In this document: positions 55,201-64,000 of the stretch, in pieces
How the letters are laid out: each line of letters begins with the position of its first letter
How positions within the stretch are numbered: position 1 is the first letter of the stretch
Assembly (NCBI GenBank): GCA_000002445.1
Contig: CP000071.1
Coordinates: 1,664,001 to 1,728,000, forward strand
Length of the DNA: 64,000 nt
Direction of reading: 5' to 3'
Source of the DNA: Trypanosoma brucei
Lineage: Eukaryota
Notes under the pieces: model-generated
Database searches by the model: none
Seen by the model: the letters and a program-made list of their open reading frames with translations, nothing else
Told to the model about the DNA's origin: nothing
Translations under genes and position numbers: made by a program

Positions 55201-58200
55201 GACCAACCTCCTACCAATAGTTTGGACTTCAACACAACGGTCAAATTCACTGACATTGACGTCACGCTGCGGACGGGAGAAGCTAAATCTCCCCAAGTGA
55301 ACCTGCGCTTCAGCACGCTAGATATTACCGTAATGAGACAGGCTAGTGTGACAGACATAGGCCTTACAATATCCCCAATATACGGTCGTCTTCCTGCTCC
55401 TCTTACGGGGGACCTTGCAGACTCTACATTCCTGTGTTGTGGTGATGTTTCATTGGGTATTGTAAGGCACTTTGGGCTCCCGCCATTGCGAACTTTATTT
55501 TACAGTGCGTCCGAATGCGTTGTAGATGGCATCTCCTTCTATATGACTGTGGAGCAGGTGGCATTGCTAACAGAGTTATTTACGACCCTCAGGAAACAAT
55601 TCTTTAAGAGCGATGAGGGCCTGCTTGCAGAAATTGAAAAGGCACGAACCGTAGCAGCGTATTCTGCGGACAACTGCGTACTGACCACGCCCGCACAGGG
55701 AGGGAGGCGGCGTGTACCCACAAGTGGGAGGCCGCCGGCATGCTTCAGACGCGTGCGAACTTCCTCCCTACTACCCAGGCCGCGGGGAGAGGAAAACGCA
55801 AGGTGTAAAGCCGCACGCTTAACGCTTATTCGATTTCTCACCCACGGTGGGCCGTTTCTGAAGATTCCCTTCTCCGAACTAGTTCCCGCAGTTGTGGCAA
55901 GTGGATTTCAGGAGTTTCTTGAGCAATTGGACGAGGCAGAGGACTCTGCAAAGGACTACGCAATTCATACGATACTCGTATCAATACCTTCTGTACAGGG
56001 TTGTGTGGCTGTGGGTCCTGACAATTACTTTGAGGTAAAGTTTCCATCAGGCGTCCAGCTGGTTTCAACCACCAAGAATGATCTCAACTCCAATGTGCGT
56101 ACAACAGCCGCCCTCCGTGGTATTGAATTGTGTGGATATTGCCGGAGTAGCAACCACAACATCAAAGATGAGACAAGCCCCTTTGCTGAGGTGTTTCGTC
56201 TTGAAACATCACTTCATGTACAGCGCAGCGTCGCCTACCCTTTTGACAAAGGGCTCGAAATACACAGGAAGAAGCAGCGCCACTTCGTGTTTGAACACGA
56301 CACAGACAGGTTCTTTACGTCAGCGCTTGCTCACGTGCGCAGGCCATGCATGCGGGACGAAAGTTTACAGGACTCAAAAGGGGGGGCTGACGACCCGCAC
56401 TTGTCCTTCTTTCTGAAAGGGGAAGAGGAAGAAGGAGACGAAAGGGAGCTGCGGAGTGCAGGGGTACTTCACAAATTACCAGTGTATAATCAAGATGGAA
56501 AGAACGGAGGAGACTCAGTGGAGGACTGCAAGAATGAAGACGGACCCACGGAGGCCACGCACCACCAGGGATGCGAGGGCACCGCAGCACCTCCTCAACA
56601 ACTTAAGTGCTCAGGCAGAGAAGCGGAACAATCAGCTGGAAATGTATCCACACTAACGAACACCAGAATGGGCATACCTGCGGGTGGAAGCTCGCTGGTT
56701 GAAAGTGACGAGAGCGATGGAACGAGTTTCAATAAAAGCGAAACGAACGCCTTCGCTACATGTGTGTCACAAACAGACGAGCTACTCTCCTATAGTGATG
56801 AGGATGATATGATGAAAGAGCTGTGTGAAAGCGATGATGTCTTTGAGCGCGGCATCTGTAGCACCAGCCACACCCCTGACGATGAGTTCAGTAGGCGGGT
56901 GGACCACCTTCCGGATGAGTGCAATGACTTGATAACCAACTCACTGGATTGTGTGTCGTCAGTGTCTGCATCGCCAAGAGCGTCGGAGGGTAATACTACG
57001 TTGAGTCGAAAGCTAATCACTTCCACACACTTCTTGCGCCGATTCTCCTTTGACCGTCCGGATTCCCAGAAAGACACGCCCGATGGGTGTGACAACACGG
57101 CGCATAACAAGCGTGTGATCGCGAGGGATCGAACCCACTTCCGGGCACCGATGCCCACAGTGGGTTTCGTTCCCTCGAAAAGGCCACCCACAACCCCGAC
57201 ACTTCGTATGCTGCAGCGAACAGTTGATGCATGTAACGGCAATGTTGGTGGCGAAGGTGAGAGTGCCTTCTGGAGTGCCGAGGGGGCGGGAATGTGGGCG
57301 AAGCGGACTGCCGATAACCGCAAACGCTCGCAGGAAGGCACCACGTCCAAACAGATGCATGTTGAATTCTTGGCACCACTAAACTGCCTTGTGGCACAAG
57401 ACTTTGTGGAAAAGCTACTCTTCGATGCGAACACAAGGCTTCAGTCCGTGTTTGCCACACATAACCTTTATTCTTCACTGGATGGAGGAGAAACAGCAGA
57501 CACTGCAGCGGCCCCAATGTTGCCGGTGAGGCATATGAGGCAGACAAGTGGTTTGAAGGGGATGCGGAACTTGATTAAAAGTTCATCGACTCCCGCTGAG
57601 AAGGAGATGAAGAATCTGTTTGCACGCAAGCAGCCAAGCCGAAATCGCGCGCATCAGAAGCGCTGGTATTCTGAAGTGGATATCTGGAGCGTCTGCATTC
57701 CATCCACACGAATAAGTGTTGTGACAGATTTTCCACTGCCCTCAGATAATGTGGTGCACGATGCCCGGGCACGTGGCGTTTACAGCACGCAGTTATGCGC
57801 GCGGTCGGCACAAGTGGTGATGCAACAAACACACCCACCGCCACGTGCTACAAGGCAGGATGAGACGAAAACGTTTTCGTTGTCCACCACGTGTTCATCT
57901 CTCGCTGTCATCACCCAGATCGAGCACGAACCCCTCCTTCGGAGCGATAACCCGTTTGTGAGGGTCCCAGGGATTGATTATGACAGAAAGGACACACTCG
58001 CCGTCTTATACTTTACTTCGATTCGTGGCCGCATGCGCCATCAAAACACGCAGGGTATACAAAACGGTATCTACCATTTATCCGTAGACACTATCGCCCT
58101 TCACGCCGCTCGCGACTTCTTCTTCTACTTGCACTCTACACTGGCGTTGTGGGAACGACTTAATGGAGCTTGGTGTGCACAAGAATATCCTCGCTGGTAC

Positions 58201-61200
58201 CGTGGGCGACCTTCACCAGAAACCTGGAGCAGCCACAACGATGACAACGAGGCCCGTGAGGGGAGTCACGGTGCGCCGGGAAGCTCTGTGGCGCACTTTG
58301 AACATTTACATTCTGCTGTACCAACGACCCGGAACTATGGCATTGAAGGCAGTCGCGTCTTTCAGGGTGTGGGGTCCATACGGGTTGTCCGTTTGGAACT
58401 CTTAGACGTGTCCCGCGACGGTCACTACTTGCGCGTGGACACGCGCTGTCCCAACGTGGTCGAAATAAGCCGACTGCAAGCGAAGTTTGTCGTGCGGGTA
58501 CCAATGAAGCGCGCGCACGACCCCCTGTCCGTCCCATCGAGGCCCCTTGTGAGGCAGAATTCTTCGGTGACATTGAGCTCCAGTGAAGTGTGTTCAGGGT
58601 TTGTGCCGAGTCAGGAATGGAAGCGTCGACCACCCCAACTCAGTACGGTGCAGATTCAATTTATTGGCGAAGTGGAGCATGCCGTGGCGAGGTGTTTTCC
58701 CTCACTATTGCATATCATGGGAGCGGTAAAGGGGAGCGAATGGGTAGCGGATTCGCCAATAGAAATCATATCTGAATCTAAGTGTTCCAAAACCCCGAAT
58801 GATGAGGGAGGCTCACCAGAAGTGGATTGTGGATTCTCTAGTCAACCTCGGGCAGACGCGGCGAATGATTGTAACCAGGTGACATTTAGAGGGAGCTTTG
58901 CACTCGGTAACATTGATGTGTGCATGATTCAGTCCGAAATGAACTTTCTCCAAATAAAGGGTACTGGGCTCGCGGGGTTTGGGGAAGCGCGGGCAGAAGC
59001 TATCAACTCGCGGGAGTGCGTGAAGACGCATGTTCTAACAGAAGCATTCTCTGAGCGGATTAAACGGCAATTACGTGCATGGGCGGACAGAGCCCGCACA
59101 GCCGCCCCCAAGGGTCACTATCCCACTCCTCCTTCCGTGACACCTCAGCTGCGTATGAAAAATAGCGGGTTCTTCGCAGCGGAGACCATGAGGCTGCAAT
59201 ACGTTGCAGACGTGGTAGCACCTTGTACAGATGGGTTTGAAGTTATCGATTATGAGGAGGTGAGTGAGAAAACTCACCGTCAGGATCCGCGCGTCTTCGT
59301 TGCGAGCACTAAACAGCTTCGGGTTGACATGCACCATGCTGAACAAGAAGGCCCTCGGGGTAGTGCCGAAGGGTGTAAAACGGACCCACCAGACACCAGT
59401 TGGGTAGCTGACAGCTCTGAAAAAGGTGAACAGGTCAATGTGCAAGTGGACATTGGAAGTGCGGTGCTATCACTGCCATATCGACCGAAGGCTAGTGAAA
59501 TTGTGCAGCCGCAACTTCAACAGTGGGTTCACGAATGGCTGGGCCCGTCGGTACTACAAACAATGTACACTTCGCAGACGGTTTTGGCCGGCGGCTATCA
59601 CCTCGGGGTGAGACCACAGAGCAAGATATATGCATGCTGCTGTTCTTTGCGAGTTCGTGACGCGCTTCTGCAGAGTGACCTTCCACAAAATATGACTTCT
59701 AACCTGACGATTCCCCTTGCGTCGCTTTTCTTGAATGCCTCCTCAGAGGGGCGATTGGCACTAAAGGGGCATTTGCATCCCACCAAACTATCATCGTCCA
59801 GCCCAACGTCTGGAAGACACACAATGAGTCTGCCAAATATTTTCGTTTTCTACAACAGTGATCGGCTAAGGCGTTCGGGCATGTGCCTGACAGAAACCGT
59901 GGAAGTGACCGTGTCTCCCATCATCGTTAGTCACTTGCTTTTTATTTTCAACCGGGCGTCGACCGTACGCTCAACCCTTACAAAGATTTTCAAACCAGGA
60001 GAAGCCGAACAGGTGGATCCACAGCAAAAAGTGGGAAATTTAAATCTTCAAGACAACCAGAGGAGAAAGAGTAACTTTTTACTGCTGGTCGAAGGACTCC
60101 GCATATCTTATCTCACCTCCATGACTAACATGCGCTTTTCCGCCTGGCGGTTAAAGGGGAGGATGTACACAACCGAGGATGATGACTTGTGCAGGTCCCA
60201 TATGACTCTGAAAGTCGCGAATGTGCAGGTCGCCCTTGTGGACCGTGATGACTATGATCAACTTCAAACCTTCCTTCACCAGTCGGAGTACCTTCAGAAA
60301 CGTGCGGAGAGCTCGAGTGGGAGATCTTCGAAAGAAAAACTGATGTCGTCTTCGTTGCCAAATTCACTGGATCAGGAACGAAAGCGGTCGATCAGCACGC
60401 TCAACGGGTTTATATGGGGTCTATTCGAAACGTCTCTCACATTGTCCACTGGGCGGAGTGATACAAATGAACTCCACTCAGCACTTAAAAGCATTGCTGC
60501 AACTGCGCCTGTGAGAACCTCTGTAAGTCTTCGCAGTTTGGGGAACGTGGGCAATACCGCCACACGCTGGAACGTGGCCATATTTTCACCGCTTCTTATC
60601 GCCCGCGTTGGGTTAGCTCAACTGTTGCAGCAATCAATTGATGAGGCGAAGGAACTGGCGGACAAAATGCACCGAGCTGCAAGGCGCGAAAGTCGGAAAT
60701 ACCACCGTCAACTCGCAAAATCCGCTGTGTATCAGCGTTTAACGCGCTTAGAGCGGCGGGAAAGCCAACAAATGCTTAGCACACAACGTCAACAGGTAGA
60801 GCGCCTTATTGCGTTAACAAACAATGTAATACCAGGGCAAAGTGGGGCAAGTCAGCGACGCGCTTCAATTGCGCTTTCGGTGGAACCAAGTTGTGAGGAC
60901 GTGGTGGAGGGAAGTATATTCCAAACCACCTCCGACCATAAGTTCTTCGTGACGATGACTAATTTTCTTGCTGTTGTCCCGTTTGGGGACGCGCCTTATC
61001 GTACAATATTGGAGGGCACCACCGACGCCTCCCACCGTGGATGCCCCAGTGATGTTTTATTAAACCGCAAGGACTTTGTTCCGACTATGGCGATGAAGGT
61101 GAAGGTGGAGGGCACTACTGTTGTGTGCCGAGCCCTCATGTCACAGCAGCGAGTGCCCCTGTTGCCAACCAAATCAGTAGGGGCACTGCGAAGCGACGGT

Positions 61201-64000
61201 ATCGGTGCTTTTTTGGGTGCCACTGATTCTTCCACAGGGACGAGGCAGATATTTACGTCGAAGTTTATGCTTAGTGATGCGCACTTTTACTGCAGTGACG
61301 GCTCACCGCTTGAGCGAGGCACATCAGCCAAAAGTGTGCTCAGCAGCACGCACGTATTCGGTGGTATTGGTACCCTCACGAGCCCCGGGAAGGGAGAGTA
61401 CCGTAATTCGCTTTCGAAGGTATCGTTCAACTCTATTGAAATACCTTTGCATATCAACAGGTGTGGAAGGAGCGTGAGCATTGGGTCGGTAATGGATATG
61501 AGTGCCCCGCAGATCTCCGTGTCCACACAAACTGCAAGCATCCTCAGCCAGTTCACGAATGAGATGTCGACCAAGTCTCTTTCTTCCGTCTTCCGGCACC
61601 GCGAAGGCGGCGCGGACGCGAAGACAAAATCAGCAGAGGTGATTGCAGAACCGTCTGGTATACATACAGCATCTGGTGGTCCCGAGAGATATAGGCGGGA
61701 AAGAGGAAGGAGGACACATCATACTGATCCAGAGTGCCCAGTAACTAGTGTGCTGCAACAGGCTGAACTGACGCCCATATTGTACAACTTTGACGTGACG
61801 GCACGTCTTGAAGCGGGTGAAATGTATGTTTACTCTATTCAAAGAGGTACCGCAACCAACACTAATGCGTCATCGCAGCAACTGGGAAGCACAGTGAACA
61901 AGGTAAACCGAACCTCAAAACGACAGGTGAAATTCAAACCCATTGCACCAGGCGGAGAAGCCGAGTTTCCGGGTAGTCCAAGGGTTCCGAGCGGACTTGC
62001 AGCCAAAAAGCTGATGTCTGTTCTACTTAAGATACCTCTCCCCGAAGTGACAGCAATGGTAATGGGAAGCTATGGTGGGAGCATGGCAGACGAAGAGCGA
62101 CTTATCGCCCGCGTGGAGATAAGGGAAAACACAATCGAAATAGATCCCTCCATAATTTCACTAGCCCACGAGATTGAGGAATGGGAGGTGATACAGGCTC
62201 GCGATAGTGCAGAGCACGTTGCCAATACACTGAAACTTGTCAAAGGGTGGGAGAGGGATGAAGAAATAAAACATCTCGCCCGCTACTCCACTGTTGCAGA
62301 TGTGGCGTTGCCGCTTCCCCGCGCGTTCCTGTCCGTGCTATCAAATGCAGAATTACAATCAAAGAAGGCAGTAGCGCACCAAAATTTGGGACGCTTGGGG
62401 AACTCTCACCAACCAAAGACAACATCACCACCTTCGCTACAGGATCAAGAGAAAAGGCTTCAGCATGGGCACGAGGATGCGCCAACAAATCATAGTGATG
62501 GGAAACGGAAATTACTTAGTGTGCAGATCCGTGTTACAGAGTTCCGTCTTGTGCTAACCACAGAGCCCGCGTCAAACATAAGCTTCACCCTTTCCCTTGA
62601 TGATCGAGTGGGAAGTGTTGATTTCTTTATAAAGCGGATTCAGACACCATCTACTACGTGGATTGAGGATGTACCAGTGTACAGCCCTCCTGTTGTTCTA
62701 CTACTACTATGTGTCCGCCGTCTGCGTGTGGAATGTCAAGCCAAGATGGAGGTGAAGTCCGTGGAAATGTATCTGCAAGAAGTGGAAGCGCAAGCAGCAC
62801 TACAACAGCACGATAATGCTCTGGTGCTCACGAACGTCTACGTACACCTTCCAAGAGATGCATCAAGTAGCGGAAAGATGGAGCTGACGGTGCGCGCTCC
62901 ATACGTGTCGCAGATGTTCATTTTTCAGGCGTTGTGGCAGCGTAGTTTATTAGAGTCACTGGCCAGCATAAACCGCATTTTTGATCGGGGTGCTGCCATC
63001 TTCAGGGAAAAAATGAAGGCCAATCCGTATATCCGGCGGCGCGGGGTTGCTACAAAGCAGGCGGAGAGGTCGTTAGTTGTTGCTGTTACGGGATCACACG
63101 GAAATGTGCGGGTCGACTTGGGGTCTGGTAACGCCCATTTGGTGTCTGTGGGGAGCATGAGCCTCGCACTGGTGATAGCACAGTCGTCCATTGATCAGGC
63201 GCAAAAGGTATGTATCGACGCTTCGGTGAGGAGCATCATGCTCCGCTCAGAGGGAGTTCTTTCCGGCGTGGCGAGGGTTGACACAATATATTTAAAGGGA
63301 TTCTCTCTATCTAATAGTGGTGGATCAACCAAGGTCGTGCGGTCCCCTGCAGGGCGGACGTTCCGATACTTGCTTTGTGCGCAGAAGTTGCATGCTGTGT
63401 TCAAGGAACGGCAACTGAGGGACTTACTCGAGGGCCAGGTTGGGGAAATTATCCTCAACTTCATGGACAGCACGGGCGAAGGGGTTGCGACAAACGTGAG
63501 GCTGGACGTATCCTTGAGCCGCAGTAACGTAGTCATAACGCCCAGTACGGCCCCCACTTTCGTGCGTACGTTTACCGATTGGTGTAATATTGTCGCGGAG
63601 CAGAGTGCGGCAGCGAAAATGAAGTTGGCGAAATTGGGCATGGAGACGGGCCACACCTCACCAGAAGAGGATAAGGGAGAAAGTGGTCGCCTTGCTGAGC
63701 AGGAAGTTGGATTCCATGCTTCTGGAACTCGCGCCGGTAGAGGGTCAAGCAGTCGAGAGGGTCGACCACCCTTGCATGACAATTTCAATATCACGCCATC
63801 GTTCGTTGCGATACCCGAAGAAGAAGAACAGGGTCAAGATAAGGTCATTAAAAGCAAGGATGGGACGTGCAGCAGTAGCAATAGTGATGCAGAGAGCACT
63901 TCCTATATTCCATTTATGGGCAACAAACTCACTCGTATTCCCTGCGGGTCAATAGAGGTTGTGCTTGATCGCTCTTCCATCCTTCTTGGCAACGCCTCGG
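52270..64000 (+). CDS. Giant protein, truncated at the window end, with more than 3900 codons. It has an N-terminal TM anchor followed by a long beta-rich repeating architecture, best guessed as a bridge-like lipid-transfer protein of the BLTP1/Csf1/Tweek or FMP27 type.
   Basis: One continuous frame, with positions congruent to 1 mod 3, runs from 52270 to 64000. I hand-translated 52270-55600 and 59400-64000 with no stop and verified the frame at 53083, 59425 and 59941; 55600-59400 rests on coding-like composition and the absence of competing ORF-track ORFs. Read straight from the displayed sequence lines this ATG falls one base later (52271), so exact coordinates here carry a +/-1 uncertainty. 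The N-terminus FLQFLFATLFLFVCVMVLIMY is hydrophobic. Upstream in frame there is a TAA about 110 nt before the ATG (~52160). The C-terminal part is rich in amphipathic beta-strand repeats such as NVRVDLGSGNAHLVSVGSMSLALVIAQ. I found no chorein-N motif, which argues against VPS13. Confidence 0.6.
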   Translation, partial: MVLIMYQHKLLSFAVQTVLRYCFLPSTSRVHLGGLLLSPPGCRIFFQNFFYQDENMTLRVTDGYISFVFWDSWFGDPSWAKVRDFMMKDDLKGTQCLAKVKTKWVRGVIVDVERSKRKLLVRLESGEPVNRESDPAPLVDDERFNNLDWGSELHEMADVDGASNSVVGHNGDENTSHRSSYNLEHSRESHRTVPTRQREVNVSCASIPSTSARMFYAPDCRNSDANSKGGGGDGNYSSVTAVHVEPEVGINGEPPESVKLLDMSLVRIQKKCGRVRVHLNGMELTFYNATGNYRKSETVERSEQERKPRHNDSVFKSLWGIFRPLCKSENDSTAPRDPMEGREQRQHEGLESEEEMSSRVEDTGVEDVFDGARTRATVEQHRRKNTKSIMQRFYDFVGAVEVELFTSYVNIGGAAAEHPYFLRVGFKRADGLSYLAQEGVPSVDICRLVTEATLEELCVRWFPMKSTEEQHEPRSVWDKWRDSFLLYCEGVPPEQKPEPLLDEPAVLIKDYGTIIGDKEESSAHLVYYRDFPNVYAGEEVSCQSDLPKSGIELLIDTPDLCHGPWSNFSIMQLKEYFVPNTYQSVESLKFELGKKRPHGCFEIYIELLRETSLIIPFKRKTIAPTPPFGLCDSGRKGMVAVTLGRGSSYVQKLKNPLPHEEKQCMESLLTGLDVLVATNAIQEESAVCMSMDKIELFVDKLSDKPYNGRKLWNILPVMENAEVWWHMDYISFFGDLCLDWLFVPHMYHGKPFTTEEYNTYKLFVEEFIPTVRRFECIFAGTFKIHLNGNMHNAIYSENINDKAANVFLTLSTKTGGYMFVTVPSDSYLLSSVTEVRRPFEISVSGIELFLSVPHSHPLHELVDISSPFGCVDKLFVKGMHTVNVPNQTVPQDMDPIDPETGQSKLRNYLDYEFDITGVRGHLMAPHIATFTELFENLFGGSSCVVRPDELFWPLSKIHPKINTPKNVRSAFHTYLQKDQPPTNSLDFNTTVKFTDIDVTLRTGEAKSPQVNLRFSTLDITVMRQASVTDIGLTISPIYGRLPAPLTGDLADSTFLCCGDVSLGIVRHFGLPPLRTLFYSASECVVDGISFYMTVEQVALLTELFTTLRKQFFKSDEGLLAEIEKARTVAAYSADNCVLTTPAQGGRRRVPTSGRPPACFRRVRTSSLLPRPRGEENARCKAARLTLIRFLTHGGPFLKIPFSELVPAVVASGFQEFLEQLDEAEDSAKDYAIHTILVSIPSVQGCVAVGPDNYFEVKFPSGVQLVSTTKNDLNSNVRTTAALRGIELCGYCRSSNHNIKDETSPFAEVFRLETSLHVQRSVAYPFDKGLEIHRKKQRHFVFEHDTDRFFTSALAHVRRPCMRDESLQDSKGGADDPHLSFFLKGEEEEGDERELRSAGVLHKLPVYNQDGKNGGDSVEDCKNEDGPTEATHHQGCEGTAAPPQQLKCSGREAEQSAGNVSTLTNTRMGIPAGGSSLVESDESDGTSFNKSETNAFATCVSQTDELLSYSDEDDMMKELCESDDVFERGICSTSHTPDDEFSRRVDHLPDECNDLITNSLDCVSSVSASPRASEGNTTLSRKLITSTHFLRRFSFDRPDSQKDTPDGCDNTAHNKRVIARDRTHFRAPMPTVGFVPSKRPPTTPTLRMLQRTVDACNGNVGGEGESAFWSAEGAGMWAKRTADNRKRSQEGTTSKQMHVEFLAPLNCLVAQDFVEKLLFDANTRLQSVFATHNLYSSLDGGETADTAAAPMLPVRHMRQTSGLKGMRNLIKSSSTPAEKEMKNLFARKQPSRNRAHQKRWYSEVDIWSVCIPSTRISVVTDFPLPSDNVVHDARARGVYSTQLCARSAQVVMQQTHPPPRATRQDETKTFSLSTTCSSLAVITQIEHEPLLRSDNPFVRVPGIDYDRKDTLAVLYFTSIRGRMRHQNTQGIQNGIYHLSVDTIALHAARDFFFYLHSTLALWERLNGAWCAQEYPRWYRGRPSPETWSSHNDDNEAREGSHGAPGSSVAHFEHLHSAVPTTRNYGIEGSRVFQGVGSIRVVRLELLDVSRDGHYLRVDTRCPNVVEISRLQAKFVVRVPMKRAHDPLSVPSRPLVRQNSSVTLSSSEVCSGFVPSQEWKRRPPQLSTVQIQFIGEVEHAVARCFPSLLHIMGAVKGSEWVADSPIEIISESKCSKTPNDEGGSPEVDCGFSSQPRADAANDCNQVTFRGSFALGNIDVCMIQSEMNFLQIKGTGLAGFGEARAEAINSRECVKTHVLTEAFSERIKRQLRAWADRARTAAPKGHYPTPPSVTPQLRMKNSGFFAAETMRLQYVADVVAPCTDGFEVIDYEEVSEKTHRQDPRVFVASTKQLRVDMHHAEQEGPRGSAEGCKTDPPDTSWVADSSEKGEQVNVQVDIGSAVLSLPYRPKASEIVQPQLQQWVHEWLGPSVLQTMYTSQTVLAGGYHLGVRPQSKIYACCCSLRVRDALLQSDLPQNMTSNLTIPLASLFLNASSEGRLALKGHLHPTKLSSSSPTSGRHTMSLPNIFVFYNSDRLRRSGMCLTETVEVTVSPIIVSHLLFIFNRASTVRSTLTKIFKPGEAEQVDPQQKVGNLNLQDNQRRKSNFLLLVEGLRISYLTSMTNMRFSAWRLKGRMYTTEDDDLCRSHMTLKVANVQVALVDRDDYDQLQTFLHQSEYLQKRAESSSGRSSKEKLMSSSLPNSLDQERKRSISTLNGFIWGLFETSLTLSTGRSDTNELHSALKSIAATAPVRTSVSLRSLGNVGNTATRWNVAIFSPLLIARVGLAQLLQQSIDEAKELADKMHRAARRESRKYHRQLAKSAVYQRLTRLERRESQQMLSTQRQQVERLIALTNNVIPGQSGASQRRASIALSVEPSCEDVVEGSIFQTTSDHKFFVTMTNFLAVVPFGDAPYRTILEGTTDASHRGCPSDVLLNRKDFVPTMAMKVKVEGTTVVCRALMSQQRVPLLPTKSVGALRSDGIGAFLGATDSSTGTRQIFTSKFMLSDAHFYCSDGSPLERGTSAKSVLSSTHVFGGIGTLTSPGKGEYRNSLSKVSFNSIEIPLHINRCGRSVSIGSVMDMSAPQISVSTQTASILSQFTNEMSTKSLSSVFRHREGGADAKTKSAEVIAEPSGIHTASGGPERYRRERGRRTHHTDPECPVTSVLQQAELTPILYNFDVTARLEAGEMYVYSIQRGTATNTNASSQQLGSTVNKVNRTSKRQVKFKPIAPGGEAEFPGSPRVPSGLAAKKLMSVLLKIPLPEVTAMVMGSYGGSMADEERLIARVEIRENTIEIDPSIISLAHEIEEWEVIQARDSAEHVANTLKLVKGWERDEEIKHLARYSTVADVALPLPRAFLSVLSNAELQSKKAVAHQNLGRLGNSHQPKTTSPPSLQDQEKRLQHGHEDAPTNHSDGKRKLLSVQIRVTEFRLVLTTEPASNISFTLSLDDRVGSVDFFIKRIQTPSTTWIEDVPVYSPPVVLLLLCVRRLRVECQAKMEVKSVEMYLQEVEAQAALQQHDNALVLTNVYVHLPRDASSSGKMELTVRAPYVSQMFIFQALWQRSLLESLASINRIFDRGAAIFREKMKANPYIRRRGVATKQAERSLVVAVTGSHGNVRVDLGSGNAHLVSVGSMSLALVIAQSSIDQAQKVCIDASVRSIMLRSEGVLSGVARVDTIYLKGFSLSNSGGSTKVVRSPAGRTFRYLLCAQKLHAVFKERQLRDLLEGQVGEIILNFMDSTGEGVATNVRLDVSLSRSNVVITPSTAPTFVRTFTDWCNIVAEQSAAAKMKLAKLGMETGHTSPEEDKGESGRLAEQEVGFHASGTRAGRGSSSREGRPPLHDNFNITPSFVAIPEEEEQGQDKVIKSKDGTCSSSNSDAESTSYIPFMGNKLTRIPCGSIEVVLDRSSILLGNAS

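Overview
This looks like a kinetoplastid (Trypanosoma-type) chromosomal segment. Every convincing gene is intron-less, lies on the + strand, and is preceded by a polypyrimidine tract plus AG, which is the trans-splice acceptor architecture, so the whole window is one unidirectional polycistronic transcription unit with no strand switch. I found no rRNA, tRNA, CRISPR array or mobile element. The roughly 24 protein-coding genes, in order, are: (1) a hypothetical protein with a possible EEP-nuclease motif; (2) a large USP deubiquitinase with DUSP-like modules and a C-terminal RanBP2 zinc finger; (3) a CAD-type dihydroorotase; (4) a hypothetical presequence protein; (5) an RS-domain protein built on a degenerate DEAD-box helicase scaffold; (6) a small polytopic membrane protein; (7) a small basic protein; (8) a group-II PLP-decarboxylase-like protein that has lost the Schiff-base lysine, a likely pseudoenzyme; (9, 10) a tandem pair of diverged paralogues with a U1-like zinc finger, best explained as KREPB8/KREPB10-type RNA-editing accessory proteins; (11) an FHA-BRCT protein that is NBS1-like; (12) TRM5; (13) an MST/Hippo-like STE20 kinase; (14) Nas2/PSMD9; (15) a PPR-like helical-repeat protein; (16) an ankyrin-TM-alpha/beta-hydrolase fusion; (17) ELP3; (18) a CAAX-box PRL phosphatase; (19) a hypothetical protein; (20) a mitochondrial carrier; (21) a short Las1 (HEPN) homologue; (22) an NHL-like beta-propeller; (23) a hypothetical RG-rich protein; and (24) the first ~11.7 kb of a giant, N-terminally TM-anchored bridge-like lipid-transfer-type protein that runs off the window end. 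The intergenic regions are unusually long (up to 2.2 kb). They carry (GT)n microsatellites, a (GAGGTT)n minisatellite, many 10-13 nt G or C homopolymers, and alternating purine-rich and pyrimidine-rich blocks. All functional assignments come from motif recognition by eye; no database search was run.
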